Shown: positions 9,507-19,396, numbered from the stretch's first letter. The stretch is DNA of 64,000 nt from Chloroflexota bacterium (GCA_021802585.1 JAJZRQ010000001.1:11234-75233); one strand, 5' to 3'. The notes: generated by a model from the letters alone, not told the origin. Made by a program: numbers and translations.

Positions 9507-10445
9507 CTACTCGACGAGGCTCCGGCCGGTGAGCCGGAGGAAGACGTCCTCGAGCGACGAGCGCCGGACGAGGGTCATCTCCGGCCGGAGGCCGCGCGCA
9601 TACGCCTCGGCTCCTGCGGCCTCGCCGTCGGCGGTGTAGACGAGGACCCGGTCCGGGAGCCGCTCGACCCGGTCGCCGAGGCCGTCGAGCTGCCCGTCGA
9701 GGGTCTCCTGGACGCCGACGGGGAAGCGCATCTCGAGGACCTCGCGGGTCGAGTAGCGCTCCACGAGCTGCCGCGGACTCCCCTCGGCGACGATCTGGGC
9801 CTTGTCCATGACGACGAGGCGGTCGCAGAGCTGCTCGGCCTCGTCCATGTAGTGAGTCGTGAGGACGAGGGTCACACCCCGCTGCTTCAGGCGGTAGAGG
9901 CGGTCCCAGAGGAGGTGGCGGGCCTGCGGGTCGAGGCCCGTCGTCGGCTCGTCGAGGAGGAGGAGGTCGGGCTCGTTCACCAGGCTCCGGGCGATCGTGA
10001 GGCGGCGCTTCATCCCGCCCGAGAGCGGCTCCACCCGGTCGCCCGAGCGCTCGGCGAGCTGGACGAAATCGAGGAGCTCATCGACGCGCTGCCGGATGAC
10101 CGGCCGCGGCAGGTCGAAGTAGCGCCCGTAGATCGCGAGGTTCTCCCGGACGGTCAGCTCCATGTCCAGCGTGTCCTGCTGGGGGACCACACCGATCCGG
10201 GCCCGGATCCGGGGCCCGTCGGCGAGGGGGTCCATGCCGAGCACCCGGAGCGTGCCCGCGCTCACCGGCGAGACACAGGCGATCATCCGCATCGTGCTCG
10301 TCTTCCCCGCGCCGTTCGGGCCGAGGAAGCCGAACGACTCGCCGGGCGCGACGTCGAAGTCGATCGCGTCGACCGCCGTGAAGCCGCCGAACCGCTTCGT
10401 CAGGGCGCGCGCGTGGATGAGGGAGCCGCTCGGGGATGCCGCCAT
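9507..10445 (-). CDS. ABC transporter ATP-binding protein (DrrA/NodI-like exporter ATPase)
   Basis: Walker A GPNGAGKTST, signature LSGGMKRRL, Walker B LLLLDEPTTGLD. Confidence 0.9.
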   Translation of the reverse strand: MAASPSGSLIHARALTKRFGGFTAVDAIDFDVAPGESFGFLGPNGAGKTSTMRMIACVSPVSAGTLRVLGMDPLADGPRIRARIGVVPQQDTLDMELTVRENLAIYGRYFDLPRPVIRQRVDELLDFVQLAERSGDRVEPLSGGMKRRLTIARSLVNEPDLLLLDEPTTGLDPQARHLLWDRLYRLKQRGVTLVLTTHYMDEAEQLCDRLVVMDKAQIVAEGSPRQLVERYSTREVLEMRFPVGVQETLDGQLDGLGDRVERLPDRVLVYTADGEAAGAEAYARGLRPEMTLVRRSSLEDVFLRLTGRSLVE

Positions 10446-10509
10446 GGGACGCGGAGTGTACCGCCCCGGCGGAGATGGCGAGGCCCGGGATGGAGCCCGG
10501 TCCGACGGG

Positions 10510-10540
10510 GCGAGGCCCGGGACGGAGCCCCGGGCCTCGC
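10510..10540 (-). terminator. GC-rich hairpin (12-bp perfect stem) 28 nt downstream of the dnaK stop; candidate intrinsic terminator of hrcA-grpE-dnaK
   Basis: GCGAGGCCCGGG-acggagc-CCCGGGCCTCGC; preceded by a 23-nt direct repeat of the left arm (10478-10500). Confidence 0.45.
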
Positions 10541-10568
10541 GTCGGGACGGTGCCGCGGGGCGGTCCCG

Positions 10569-12497
10569 CTACACCTCCTTGAACTCGCCCTCGACGGTCT
10601 CGTCGTCGGCCGGGCCGCCGGTGCCGGCGCCGCCCTCGCCGGGCTCCCCGCCGGGCCCTGTGTCGCCGTCGGAACCCGGCGTGCCGGCGGCGGCGTACGC
10701 CGCCGCCCCGACCCGCTGGAGGATCTCGGCGAGCTCGGTGGCGCGCGCCTTCACGATGTCGACCGACTCGGTCTTGAGCGCGTTCCGGACGTCGCTGACC
10801 TTCCCCTCGACCGCCGCGCGGTCCTCGGCCGGGACCTTGTCGCCGAGGTCCTTGAGGGTCCGCTCCGCCTGGAACGTGAGGGCCTCGGCCTGGTTCCGGG
10901 CCTCGATCTCCTCGCGCCGCCGGCGGTCCTCGTCGGCGTGCTCGCCGGCCTCCCGGACCATCCGGTCGACGTCCTTCTTGTCGAGCATCGACGACGCCGT
11001 GATCGTGACCTTCTGCTCCTTGCCGGTCGCCCGGTCCTTCGCCCGGACCTCGACGATCCCGTTCGCGTCGATGTCGAACGCGACCTCGATCTGGGGCACG
11101 CCGCGCGGGGCCGGCGGGATCCCGTCGAGGATGAACTTCCCGAGCGTCTTGTTGTCCGCGGCGAACTCGCGCTCGCCCTGGAGGACGTGGATCTCCACCT
11201 GCGGCTGGTTGTCGGAGGCCGTCGAGAAGACCTGGGACTTGCTCGTCGGGATCGTCGTGTTCCGGTCGATGAGCCGGGTCATCACCCCGCCGAGGGTCTC
11301 GATCCCGAGGGAGAGCGGCGTCACGTCGAGGAGGAGGACGTCCTTCACGTCGCCGGCGAGGACGCCGGCCTGGATCGCGGCACCGACGGCGACGACCTCG
11401 TCCGGGTTCACGCCACGGTTCGGCTCCTTGCCCCCGAACATCGCCTTCACCGCCTCGATGACGGCCGGCATCCGGGTCATCCCGCCGACGAGGACGACCT
11501 CGTCGATCTCGGCCGCGGCGAGGCCCGCGTCGCGGATCGCCTGCTGGACGGGGCCCCGGGTCTTGTCGATGAGGTCGCCGACGAGGTCCTCGAGCTTCGC
11601 CCGGTTGAGGGTCATGACGAGGTGCTTGGGGCCGGAGGCGTCGGCCGTGATGTACGGGAGGTTGATCTCCGTCGACATCGCCGAGGAGAGCTCGATCTTC
11701 GCCTTCTCGGCGGCCTCCTTCACCCGGGAGAGGGCCTGGGGGTCGTTCCGGAGGTCGATCCCCTGGTCCTTCTTGAACTCGGCGAGGAGCCAGTCCATGA
11801 CCCGGATGTCGAAGTCGTCGCCACCGAGGTGGGTGTCGCCGTTCGTCGACTTCACCTCGAACACGCCCTCGCCGAGCTCGAGGATCGAGATGTCGAACGT
11901 GCCGCCGCCGAGGTCGTAGACCGCGATCTTCTCGTCGTGCTTCTTGTCGAGGCCGTAGGCGAGCGACGAAGCGGTCGGCTCGTTGATGATCCGCTTCACG
12001 TCGAGGCCGGCGATCCGGCCGGCGTCCTTCGTCGCCTGGCGCTGCGTGTCGTCGAAGTAGGCCGGGACGGTGATGACCGCCTCCGTCACCTTCTCGCCGA
12101 GGTACGCCTCCGCGTCGGCCTTCAGCTTCTGGAGGATCATCGCGCTGATCTCGGGCGGCGTGTAGCTGCGCCCCTCCCCGAGAGCGACCCGGATCCCGTC
12201 CGACTTCGCGTCCTTCTCCACCTTGAAGGGGACGAGCTCGCGGCTCCGCCGCACCTCCGGGTCGTCCCAGCGACGCCCCATGAAGCGCTTGATCGAGTAG
12301 ACGGTGTTCGCCGGGTTCGTCACCGCCTGGCGCTTCGCGAGCTGGCCGACGAGTCGCTCGCCGGTCTTCGTGAAGGCGACGACGGACGGGATCGTGCGCC
12401 CGCCCTCCGCCGACGCGATGACGGTGGGCTCGCCACCCTCCATGACGGCGACGACCGAGTTCGTCGTCCCGAGGTCGATGCCGATGATCTTGCCCAT
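10569..12497 (-). CDS. dnaK: Chaperone DnaK (Hsp70)
   Basis: [18 protein letters not shown]...; 642 aa, full Hsp70 architecture. Confidence 0.97.
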   Translation of the reverse strand: MGKIIGIDLGTTNSVVAVMEGGEPTVIASAEGGRTIPSVVAFTKTGERLVGQLAKRQAVTNPANTVYSIKRFMGRRWDDPEVRRSRELVPFKVEKDAKSDGIRVALGEGRSYTPPEISAMILQKLKADAEAYLGEKVTEAVITVPAYFDDTQRQATKDAGRIAGLDVKRIINEPTASSLAYGLDKKHDEKIAVYDLGGGTFDISILELGEGVFEVKSTNGDTHLGGDDFDIRVMDWLLAEFKKDQGIDLRNDPQALSRVKEAAEKAKIELSSAMSTEINLPYITADASGPKHLVMTLNRAKLEDLVGDLIDKTRGPVQQAIRDAGLAAAEIDEVVLVGGMTRMPAVIEAVKAMFGGKEPNRGVNPDEVVAVGAAIQAGVLAGDVKDVLLLDVTPLSLGIETLGGVMTRLIDRNTTIPTSKSQVFSTASDNQPQVEIHVLQGEREFAADNKTLGKFILDGIPPAPRGVPQIEVAFDIDANGIVEVRAKDRATGKEQKVTITASSMLDKKDVDRMVREAGEHADEDRRRREEIEARNQAEALTFQAERTLKDLGDKVPAEDRAAVEGKVSDVRNALKTESVDIVKARATELAEILQRVGAAAYAAAGTPGSDGDTGPGGEPGEGGAGTGGPADDETVEGEFKEV

Positions 12498-12581
12498 CTG
12501 GGTGCGTGCTCCTCTTGCGGTTCGGGTGGGGCCCCGGGTGGCCGGGGGCCCGATTGGTTCGGTGGTGGACCCGCGGCGCCG

Positions 12582-13208
12582 TCAGCTCGTCCGGTCGGCC
12601 GGGGCCGGCGACCCGTCGCTGACGGCGACGAGCGACGGCCGGAGGACGCGGTCGCGGAGACGGTAGCCGCGGCGGATCTCGGCGACGACCTCGTTCTCGG
12701 GCCGGCCGGTGCCGGGGACGTGGGCCGCCGCCTCGTGGACGTGGGGGTCGAACGGCAGCCCGAGCGCCTCGATCAGCGTGACGCCCTCGCTCTCGAGGAG
12801 GGTCCGGAGCTTCCGGTCGATCGCGGCGATTCCCTCGAGCCAGGGGGTCGCGCGCGCCTCGTCGGGGACGTGCTCGATCGCCCGGTCGAAGTCGTCGGCG
12901 AGGGTGACGACCTTGCCGAGGAGGAGCTCGTTCGCGAGCCCGAGGGCCGCCTCCCGCTCCTCGGCGGTGCGCCGGCGGAGGTTCGCGTAGTCGGCCGCGG
13001 CGCGCTGGGCGAGGGCGAGGTGCTCGTCGGCCTTCGCGAGCGCCGCGTCGCGCTCGGCGCCAAGGGCCTCGATCCGGGCGAGGAGCGCCGTCGGGCTCGT
13101 GTCGAGCTCGGCGATCCGCTCCTCGGCGCGGGTCCGGTGGTGGCGCGGGGCGTGCTCCGCGGGCTCCGGCGACGGCGGGGCGGCGGGGCGGTCGGGCGGG
13201 GTCGGCAT
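12582..13208 (-). CDS. grpE: Nucleotide exchange factor GrpE
   Basis: The track ORF was trimmed to the internal ATG at 13208-13206 (208 aa). It shows a coiled-coil plus the GrpE C-terminal domain (DFDRAIE..., ...VAEIRRGYRLRDRVLRPSLVAV). It lies between hrcA and dnaK. Confidence 0.9.
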   Translation of the reverse strand: MPTPPDRPAAPPSPEPAEHAPRHHRTRAEERIAELDTSPTALLARIEALGAERDAALAKADEHLALAQRAAADYANLRRRTAEEREAALGLANELLLGKVVTLADDFDRAIEHVPDEARATPWLEGIAAIDRKLRTLLESEGVTLIEALGLPFDPHVHEAAAHVPGTGRPENEVVAEIRRGYRLRDRVLRPSLVAVSDGSPAPADRTS

Positions 13209-13225
13209 GCGGTCGTCCTTCGCGG

Positions 13226-14299
13226 TCACGAGTAGAGGTGGTCGACGAGGTCGTTCATGAGCCCGGAGACGAAGCGGACGGTGCCGATCGCCAGGGGGTA
13301 GCGGAGGCGCGTCGGACCGAGGACGCCGACGACGCCGACCGCGGAGCCGGGCCGGCCGTACGGGGCGAGGACGAGGGCGACGTCGGCCATCTCGACCGTC
13401 CGGTTCTCGCCGCCGATGAAGACGCGGAGGTCGCCGGCGCGCGTCACGTCCTCGATGAGCTCGCCGAGGTAGCGGCGGTCCTCGAGGGCGGCGAAGACCC
13501 GCCGGAGCTTCTCCGAGGCCGCGAACTCCGGCTCGGCCATGACGTGGAGGAGCCCGTCGCTGAAGAGCTGCTCGACGGTCGTCGCGTCGAACTCGCGGAG
13601 GATCCGGAGGGCCCGCTCGCCGGCCCGCCGGACGAGGGCGAAGACGGGGTCGTCGGCCGGGGCGTCCTCGAACCAGCGGAGGCGCTCGGCGAGGTCGGCG
13701 GCGGTGAGCCCGCTGCAGCTCCGGTTCAGGCGCGCCGCGGCCTCCGCGAGCTCGTCGTCCGTCGTCCCGGGCTCGATCGCGAGGAGCGCCTGCTTGACGG
13801 ACCCTTCGTTGAGGACGACGACGAGGCTCGCCATCCGTTCCGCGATCCCGACGATCTCGGCGCGGCGGATCCGGACCGCGCGCGGCTTCGCCGGCGTGGC
13901 GATGCCGGCGGCGTGCGTCGCGGAGGCGAGCGTCGACGCCGCGAGGCGGAACCACTGGTCGGTCGCGAACTCGACCTGCCCGAACTGGTGGCGGATCGTG
14001 AGCTGCTCGATCGCCGGGAGCGCCATCTCGCCGACGAGCGACTCGACGTAGAAGCGGTAGCCGGCGTCGGTCGGGACGCGGCCGGCGGACGTGTGCGGGT
14101 GGCCGAGGAAGCCCGACGTCTCGAGCTCGGCGAGGACCGTGCGGACGGTCGCCGAGCTCACGCCGAGGCGGTACCGATCGACGAGCCGCTGCGATCCCAC
14201 CGGCGTCGCCGTCGTGACGTAATCATCGATGACGGCCCGCAAGATCGCCTGCGCCCGGGCGTCGAGCGGTCCGCTGCTGCGGCGGACTCCTCGCGCCAC
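13226..14299 (-). CDS. hrcA: Heat-inducible transcription repressor HrcA
   Basis: 357 aa; N-terminal winged helix (ILRAVIDDYVTTATPVGSQRLV). A GGAAGGAG RBS sits 8 nt upstream of the GTG. The CIRCE operator lies immediately upstream. Confidence 0.95.
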   Translation of the reverse strand: MARGVRRSSGPLDARAQAILRAVIDDYVTTATPVGSQRLVDRYRLGVSSATVRTVLAELETSGFLGHPHTSAGRVPTDAGYRFYVESLVGEMALPAIEQLTIRHQFGQVEFATDQWFRLAASTLASATHAAGIATPAKPRAVRIRRAEIVGIAERMASLVVVLNEGSVKQALLAIEPGTTDDELAEAAARLNRSCSGLTAADLAERLRWFEDAPADDPVFALVRRAGERALRILREFDATTVEQLFSDGLLHVMAEPEFAASEKLRRVFAALEDRRYLGELIEDVTRAGDLRVFIGGENRTVEMADVALVLAPYGRPGSAVGVVGVLGPTRLRYPLAIGTVRFVSGLMNDLVDHLYS

Positions 14300-14350
14300 G
14301 GCACGGCTCCTTCCTGCAGGCGGATGCGATCGTGCGCCGCCCCGCCTCGA

Positions 14351-14377
14351 CTAGCACTCGCTTAGCGAGAGTGCTAA
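14351..14377 (-). promoter_or_regulatory. CIRCE operator (HrcA binding site) upstream of hrcA
   Basis: CTAGCACTC-N9-GAGTGCTAA matches the TTAGCACTC-N9-GAGTGCTAA consensus in 17/18 positions. It lies 52 nt upstream of the hrcA start. Confidence 0.9.
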
Positions 14378-14390
14378 CCGGAATGGCCGA

Positions 14391-14420
14391 ATCCTAGCAG
14401 TCTGCCCGCGCGAGTGTCAA
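14391..14420 (-). promoter_or_regulatory. Sigma-70-like promoter of the hrcA-grpE-dnaK operon
   Basis: On the minus strand, TTGACA-18 nt-TAGGAT sits directly upstream of CIRCE. The -10/operator overlap is typical of HrcA-controlled promoters. Confidence 0.5.
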
Positions 14421-14525
14421 CAATCCGGGCGCCGTGGGAGCGGCCGTCGTCCGTCGTGGCCTTCGCCCCGGGGCCGGGCGCCCGCGCCGTCGGGGCCGGT
14501 CGGCAGCCGCGCCGCGGCGGGCGGC

Positions 14526-15782
14526 CTACACGAGCCGGCCGAAGAGCTCGTTCGAGAGGAGCCTCCCACGGAGCGTCAGGCGCACCCGGGCCTCCGGGGC
14601 GTCCTCGACGAGGCCCGCCTCGTGGGCCCAGGCGAGGATGTCCGCGCGCGCGAGGGCCTGCTCCCGCGGGACGCCGTGCGCGGTCCGCAGCCCGAGGAAG
14701 AGCTCCTCCGCCGCGGCGGTCCCCGCGTCGAGCGACTCCGACCCGCCGGGCGGGAGGGCCGGCGGGCTCCCGTCGGCCGGGGCGAGCGCCGCCAGCCAGC
14801 CCTCGAGGCGCGCGGCGTTCCAGCGGCGGATGACGCCGTCGAAGGCGTGCGCCCCGGGTCCCGCGGCCTCGTACGGGCGGCGCTGCCAGTACGCGAGGTT
14901 GTGGCGGCTCTCGTGCCCGGGCGCCGCCCAGTTCGAGAGCTCGTACCACGGCAGCCCCGCGCCCGCGAGGGCGGCGTCGGCGAGCGCGTACGCGGCCGCG
15001 GCCCGGTCCTCGTCCTGGCGCGGCCGGGCGCGGTCGCGCCAGCGGCGGGCGCCGGGGAGCGTCGGGAGATGGTCGCCGCCGGGCCCGGTGAGGCCCTCGG
15101 CATCCGGATCGTCGAGGGTGAGGGCATAGCACGAGACGTGGTCGGGGTGCAGCTCGAGCGCCCCCTCGAGCGTCGCCGCCCACGTCGCGAGGCGCTGGTC
15201 GGGGAGGTCGTAGAGCAGGTCGAGGCTGACGAGCGGGATCCCCGCTTCGCGCGCGGCCGCGACCGCGTCCCCGACGTCCGCCGCGCGGTGCCGCCGCCCG
15301 AGGGCCCGGAGCTCCGCGTCGTCGAGGCTCTGCGCGCCGAGCGAGAGGCGCGTCACCCCGGCGGCCGCGAAGCCGGCGAGGTCGCCCCGGTCGTCCGGGC
15401 CGGGGTTCGCCTCGAGGGTCACCTCCGCGTCGGCGGCGAGGCCGAACCGCCGGTGGACCCGCGCCACGAGCGCCGCGACGTCGTGGGCCCGGAGGAGCGA
15501 CGGCGTGCCGCCGCCGAGGTAAAGGGACGCGAGGGCGGGCCGACCGGTGGCTCCCGGCGGCCCGAACGCCGCGTCGAGCGCGTCGGCGCGAAGGTCGATC
15601 TCGCGCCCGAGGGCGTCGACGAACGCCTCGACCCGGCTTCGGCGGCCGACGGCGTCGGCCCCCGCGTACACGACGAAGTCGCAGTACGGGCAGAGCGAGC
15701 GGCAGAACGGGACGTGGAGGTAGAGCGCGACCGGCGGACGGCGCGCGGCGGTGGCCCCGGGGCCCGCGCCGGCGGCGGTCAC
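14526..15782 (-). CDS. hemW: Radical-SAM heme chaperone HemW (HemN-like, oxygen-independent coproporphyrinogen-III oxidase family)
   Basis: LYLHVPFCRSLCPYCDF radical-SAM motif and a HemN C-terminal domain. The start is set to the in-frame GTG at 15782, which overlaps the upstream gene's stop (GTGA). The track ORF's long N-terminus is junk. Confidence 0.8.
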   Translation of the reverse strand: MTAAGAGPGATAARRPPVALYLHVPFCRSLCPYCDFVVYAGADAVGRRSRVEAFVDALGREIDLRADALDAAFGPPGATGRPALASLYLGGGTPSLLRAHDVAALVARVHRRFGLAADAEVTLEANPGPDDRGDLAGFAAAGVTRLSLGAQSLDDAELRALGRRHRAADVGDAVAAAREAGIPLVSLDLLYDLPDQRLATWAATLEGALELHPDHVSCYALTLDDPDAEGLTGPGGDHLPTLPGARRWRDRARPRQDEDRAAAAYALADAALAGAGLPWYELSNWAAPGHESRHNLAYWQRRPYEAAGPGAHAFDGVIRRWNAARLEGWLAALAPADGSPPALPPGGSESLDAGTAAAEELFLGLRTAHGVPREQALARADILAWAHEAGLVEDAPEARVRLTLRGRLLSNELFGRLV

Positions 15783-16552
15783 GACCGGGCGCCTCCGCCG
15801 CCGTCCGGGCGGTCGAGGGAGTGCCAGCCGGGCGGCGCCTGCCGGTATTCCCACGACTCCTCGACCTCCTCGCCGCGGAGCGCTGGCCGCCCCGCGTGGC
15901 CGGTCGTGACGAAGACGGCGATCCGGGTGACCGCGTGGGCGAGGAACGACGCCCCGATCGCGCCGGTGAGGACGGTGAGCCACCCGCCGAACAGCCCGAT
16001 CCCGAGGGTCAGGGCGAGCATGTAGCGCGAGCGGCCCGGCGCGCCGGTGCGGGTCGCGAGGGCGTAGAGGAGGGCCTGGATGACGACGGCCGGGAGGGGG
16101 TCGAGGCCGCCGAGGAGGAGCATCCCGAGGATCGCGCCCCGGAAGGCCGCCTCGTCGAGGAAGGCGGTCCCCACCGCGTTGAGGACGGCCCCGGGGTACG
16201 TCCAGGCGGGCGGGAAGCGGATCCGGCCGTACCGGTACGTCGCGAACGCGGCGGCCTGGAGCGTCCCGAGCGCCGCGCCGGCGAACCCGAGGACGATCGC
16301 CCGCCCGCGGTCGCCGAGCCCGAGCCCGAGGTCGCCGGCGGGGTCGGGGTGGACGAGGAGGAGCGCCGCGACGAGGCCGAGGCCGAGGACGTACCAGCTG
16401 AGGCGCCGGAGGAGCGGGGCGCCGCGCCCGTCGCGGGCGGGCTCGTCGAACTCCGCGGCCCCGAACGTCTCCGCCTCGAGCCGGAGGAGGACGAGGAGGA
16501 GGGTGATCGCGAGGGCGAGGAGGGCGCGGAGCGGATGGACCCACTCCTCCAC
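15779..16552 (-). CDS. CPBP (CAAX protease) family intramembrane metalloprotease
   Basis: 257 aa with multiple TM helices. CPBP motifs are DEAAFRG (EExxxR), SFLAHAV (FxxxH) and the HxxxN region. It is translationally coupled to lepA upstream (1-nt spacing) and to hemW downstream (GTGA). Confidence 0.75.
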   Translation of the reverse strand: MEEWVHPLRALLALAITLLLVLLRLEAETFGAAEFDEPARDGRGAPLLRRLSWYVLGLGLVAALLLVHPDPAGDLGLGLGDRGRAIVLGFAGAALGTLQAAAFATYRYGRIRFPPAWTYPGAVLNAVGTAFLDEAAFRGAILGMLLLGGLDPLPAVVIQALLYALATRTGAPGRSRYMLALTLGIGLFGGWLTVLTGAIGASFLAHAVTRIAVFVTTGHAGRPALRGEEVEESWEYRQAPPGWHSLDRPDGGGGARS

Positions 16553-16553
16553 G

Positions 16554-18368
16554 TCAGGAGCCCTCGCCCACCGTGAGGACCGCGAGGAAGGCCTCCTGCG
16601 GGATCTCCACCGATCCGACGCGCTTCATCCGCTGCTTGCCTTCCTTCTGCTTCTCGAGCAGCTTCCGCTTGCGGGTGATGTCGCCACCGTAGCACTTGGC
16701 GAGGACGTTCTTGCGCATCGCCCGGATCGTCTCCCGGGCGACGACGTTCGAGCCGATCGCCGCCTGGACCGGGACCTCGAACATCTGGCGGGGGATGAGC
16801 TCCTTCAGCTTCGCCGCGAGGGCCCGGCCCACGGCCTGCGCCTTGTCGCGGTGGACGATCATCGAGAGCGCGTCGACCGGCTCGCCGTTCACGAGGACGT
16901 CGAGCTTCACGAGCCGGGCCTCGCGGTAGCCCGCCTCCTCGTAGTCCATCGAGGCGTAGCCCTGGCTCCGGCTCTTCAGCTGGTCGAAGTAGTCGACGAT
17001 GAGCTCGGCGAGGGGCATGTCGAACGAGAGGAGGACCCGCTGCGGGTCGAGGTACTCCATCGTCCGGAACGTGCCCCGCCGGGTCGTCGACAGCTCCATG
17101 AGCGAGCCGATGTAGGCGCTCGGGGTGATGACGGAGAGGGCGACCCACGGCTCCTCGATCGTCTCGATCTCGCCGGCCGGCGGCATGAGCGCCGGGTTGT
17201 CGACGACGACGACCCCCTTCCCGTGGAGGGGCGTGACCCGGTACTCGACGGACGGCGCCGAGGCGATGAGGTCGAGGCCGAACTCGCGCTCGAGGCGCTC
17301 CTGGACGATCTCCATGTGGAGGAGCCCGAGGAATCCGCAGCGGAACCCGAAGCCGAGGGCGACCGAGCTCTCCGGCTCGAACGTGAAGCTCGCGTCGTTG
17401 AGGTGGAGCTTCTCCATCGCGTCCCGGAGGAGCGGGTAGTCCTCGCCGGAGATCGGGTAGATCCCCGCGAAGACGAGGCTCTTCGCCGCCTGGTAGCCGG
17501 GCAGCGGGACCGGCGCCGGCGCGGCCGCGTTCGTCACCGTGTCGCCGACCTGGGCGTCCCGGACGCTCTTGAGGCCGGTGGCGATGTAGCCGACCTCCCC
17601 GGCGGTCAGGAGCTTCACCGGCACGAGCTGCGGCCGGAAGACGCCGAGCTCGAGGATGTCGGCCTCGGCGCCCGAGCCCATGAGGCGGATGCGCTCGTGC
17701 TCGTGAAGCGTCCCGGCGGCCAGCCGCACGTACGTCACGACGCCCTTGTACTGGTCGTAGTGCGAGTCGAACACGAGGCCCTGGAGCGGGGCGGACGGGC
17801 TCCCCTGCGGCGGCGGGATCCGGTGGACGATCGCCTCGAGGATCTCGGGGACGCCGGTCCCCTCCTTCGCGGAGGCGAGGATCACCTCCTCGCGGGGGAT
17901 CGCCAGGACGTTCTCCAGCTCCTCGATGACGACGTCGGGCTGGGCCGACGGGAGGTCGATCTTGTTGACGACCGGGATGATCACGAGGTCCTGGCGGAGC
18001 GCGAGGTGGACGTTCGCGAGCGTCTGGGCCTCGATCCCCTGGGCGGCATCGACGACGAGGATCGCGCCCTCGCAGGCCTGGAGGCTGCGGCTCACCTCGT
18101 AGCTGAAGTCGACGTGGCCGGGCGTGTCGATGAGGTTCAGCCCGTACAGCAGCCCGTCCTCGGCCGTGTGCTCGAGGCGCACGGCCCGGGCCTTGATCGT
18201 GATCCCCTTCTCCCGCTCCAGGTCCATCGAGTCGAGGACCTGGCTCGTCATCTGCCGGGGGTCGATCGTGTGCGTCAGCTCGAGGAGGCGGTCCGCCAGC
18301 GTCGACTTCCCATGGTCGATGTGGGCGATGATCGAGAAGTTGCGCAGCCGTTCCTGGGGGATCGTCAC
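16554..18368 (-). CDS. lepA: Elongation factor 4 (LepA)
   Basis: [21 protein letters not shown]-domain and a complete EF4 architecture. The start was moved to the GTG at 18368 ([16 protein letters not shown]...), since the track ORF's 76-aa N-terminal extension looks non-coding. Confidence 0.9.
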   Translation of the reverse strand: MTIPQERLRNFSIIAHIDHGKSTLADRLLELTHTIDPRQMTSQVLDSMDLEREKGITIKARAVRLEHTAEDGLLYGLNLIDTPGHVDFSYEVSRSLQACEGAILVVDAAQGIEAQTLANVHLALRQDLVIIPVVNKIDLPSAQPDVVIEELENVLAIPREEVILASAKEGTGVPEILEAIVHRIPPPQGSPSAPLQGLVFDSHYDQYKGVVTYVRLAAGTLHEHERIRLMGSGAEADILELGVFRPQLVPVKLLTAGEVGYIATGLKSVRDAQVGDTVTNAAAPAPVPLPGYQAAKSLVFAGIYPISGEDYPLLRDAMEKLHLNDASFTFEPESSVALGFGFRCGFLGLLHMEIVQERLEREFGLDLIASAPSVEYRVTPLHGKGVVVVDNPALMPPAGEIETIEEPWVALSVITPSAYIGSLMELSTTRRGTFRTMEYLDPQRVLLSFDMPLAELIVDYFDQLKSRSQGYASMDYEEAGYREARLVKLDVLVNGEPVDALSMIVHRDKAQAVGRALAAKLKELIPRQMFEVPVQAAIGSNVVARETIRAMRKNVLAKCYGGDITRKRKLLEKQKEGKQRMKRVGSVEIPQEAFLAVLTVGEGS

Positions 18369-18616
18369 GACGCAGGAGTGTAGCGGGGATGGCGCCGCGC
18401 GCCGAGACACCGCGCGCCGAGATGGGGGTCGCGCGCCCCGGTCGCAACGAAGACCCGCCGTGACCGCGACAGGGAAACGAGACGGCGACACGCGCGCCGG
18501 CGACCGGGGGAGGTGATCTGGTACCATTCGCGGTCGCGCCGTCGCGGTGTCCTCTCCCGCTGCGCCGCCCCGAACCAACCGTCCATCCTCCGACACCCTA
18601 GAGGACCGACAGAACC

Positions 18617-19360
18617 GTGGCTCATTCTCCCCGCGGCTGGACCGGCGCGCGGACGCCGTCCGGGAAGAAGCGGGTTCGCCAGGCCGAGCGGCGCGCCGCG
18701 ATCAACGGCCCCCGCGTCTCCAAGGCCAAGACCCTCGTTTCCAAGGCCGTGAAGGTCGCCGCCGGGCAGGCGGAGGGCGACGCGACCGTCGCCCTCGCCG
18801 AGGCGTACGCGGCGCTCGACAAGGCCGCGAAGGCCGGGGCGATCCATCCGAACGCCGCGGCGCGCCGGAAGTCGCGCCTCGCGCTCAAGGTCGGGGCCGC
18901 CCTCGCCGGCGCCGCCGTCCAGACGGGCGCCCGGGCGACGAAGACGACCGGCACGGCCGCGGCCGCGAAGGCCGCGAAGGCCCGGATCGCCGCCGGCAAG
19001 GCCGAGAAGGCGAAGGGCGCCCAGACGGCCGCCGGCAAGGCCCGCGCAGCGCTCGCGAAGGCGGGTCGCGCCGAGGCCGAGGCCGCCCGGGCGAAGGCCG
19101 CCGCGGCGGAGGTCGCGCCGAAGGCGCGGGCTTCCCGGGCGAAGGCCGCCGTTCCGGCGGATGCCGCCGCCAAGGCGCCCGCGACCAAGGCACCGGCGAA
19201 GGCCGCCGCGAAGCCGGCAGCGAAGGCGCCGGCCGCCAAGGCGACGACCGGCAAGGCACCGGCGAAGGCCGCCGCGAAGCCGGCAGCGAAGGCGCCGGCC
19301 GCCAAGGCGACGACCGGCAAGGCCCCCGCGAAGAAGGCACCGACGAAGAAGCCGGAGTAG
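18617..19360 (+). CDS. rpsT: Ribosomal protein S20 with a ~160-aa C-terminal Ala/Lys/Pro-rich (histone-H1-like) extension
   Basis: The N-terminal ~88 aa form the S20 core ([29 protein letters not shown]...[18 protein letters not shown]). The remainder is AAKA/KAPA/AKP repeats ([27 protein letters not shown] x2). A GAGGA RBS precedes the start, and the gene is divergent from lepA. Confidence 0.85.
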   Translation: MAHSPRGWTGARTPSGKKRVRQAERRAAINGPRVSKAKTLVSKAVKVAAGQAEGDATVALAEAYAALDKAAKAGAIHPNAAARRKSRLALKVGAALAGAAVQTGARATKTTGTAAAAKAAKARIAAGKAEKAKGAQTAAGKARAALAKAGRAEAEAARAKAAAAEVAPKARASRAKAAVPADAAAKAPATKAPAKAAAKPAAKAPAAKATTGKAPAKAAAKPAAKAPAAKATTGKAPAKKAPTKKPE

Positions 19361-19396
19361 CCCGCCCGGGCCTGCCCGGATCCGCCGCCGCTCCCC

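Noticed and set aside
12498-12581. GC-rich imperfect inverted repeat between grpE and dnaK
   Set aside because: The arms are not complementary at several positions (GGCCCCCGG vs CCCGGGGCC). It is likely just a GC-rich RBS region (GAGGAG 10 nt upstream of the dnaK ATG).
9852-13235. 1127-aa plus-strand ORF spanning the ABC ATPase, dnaK and grpE on the opposite strand
   Set aside because: Antisense to three unambiguous genes; low-complexity product.
16009-18447. 812-aa minus and 767-aa plus ORFs across lepA
   Set aside because: They lie in alternative frames to the clearly identifiable LepA GTPase; compositionally biased.
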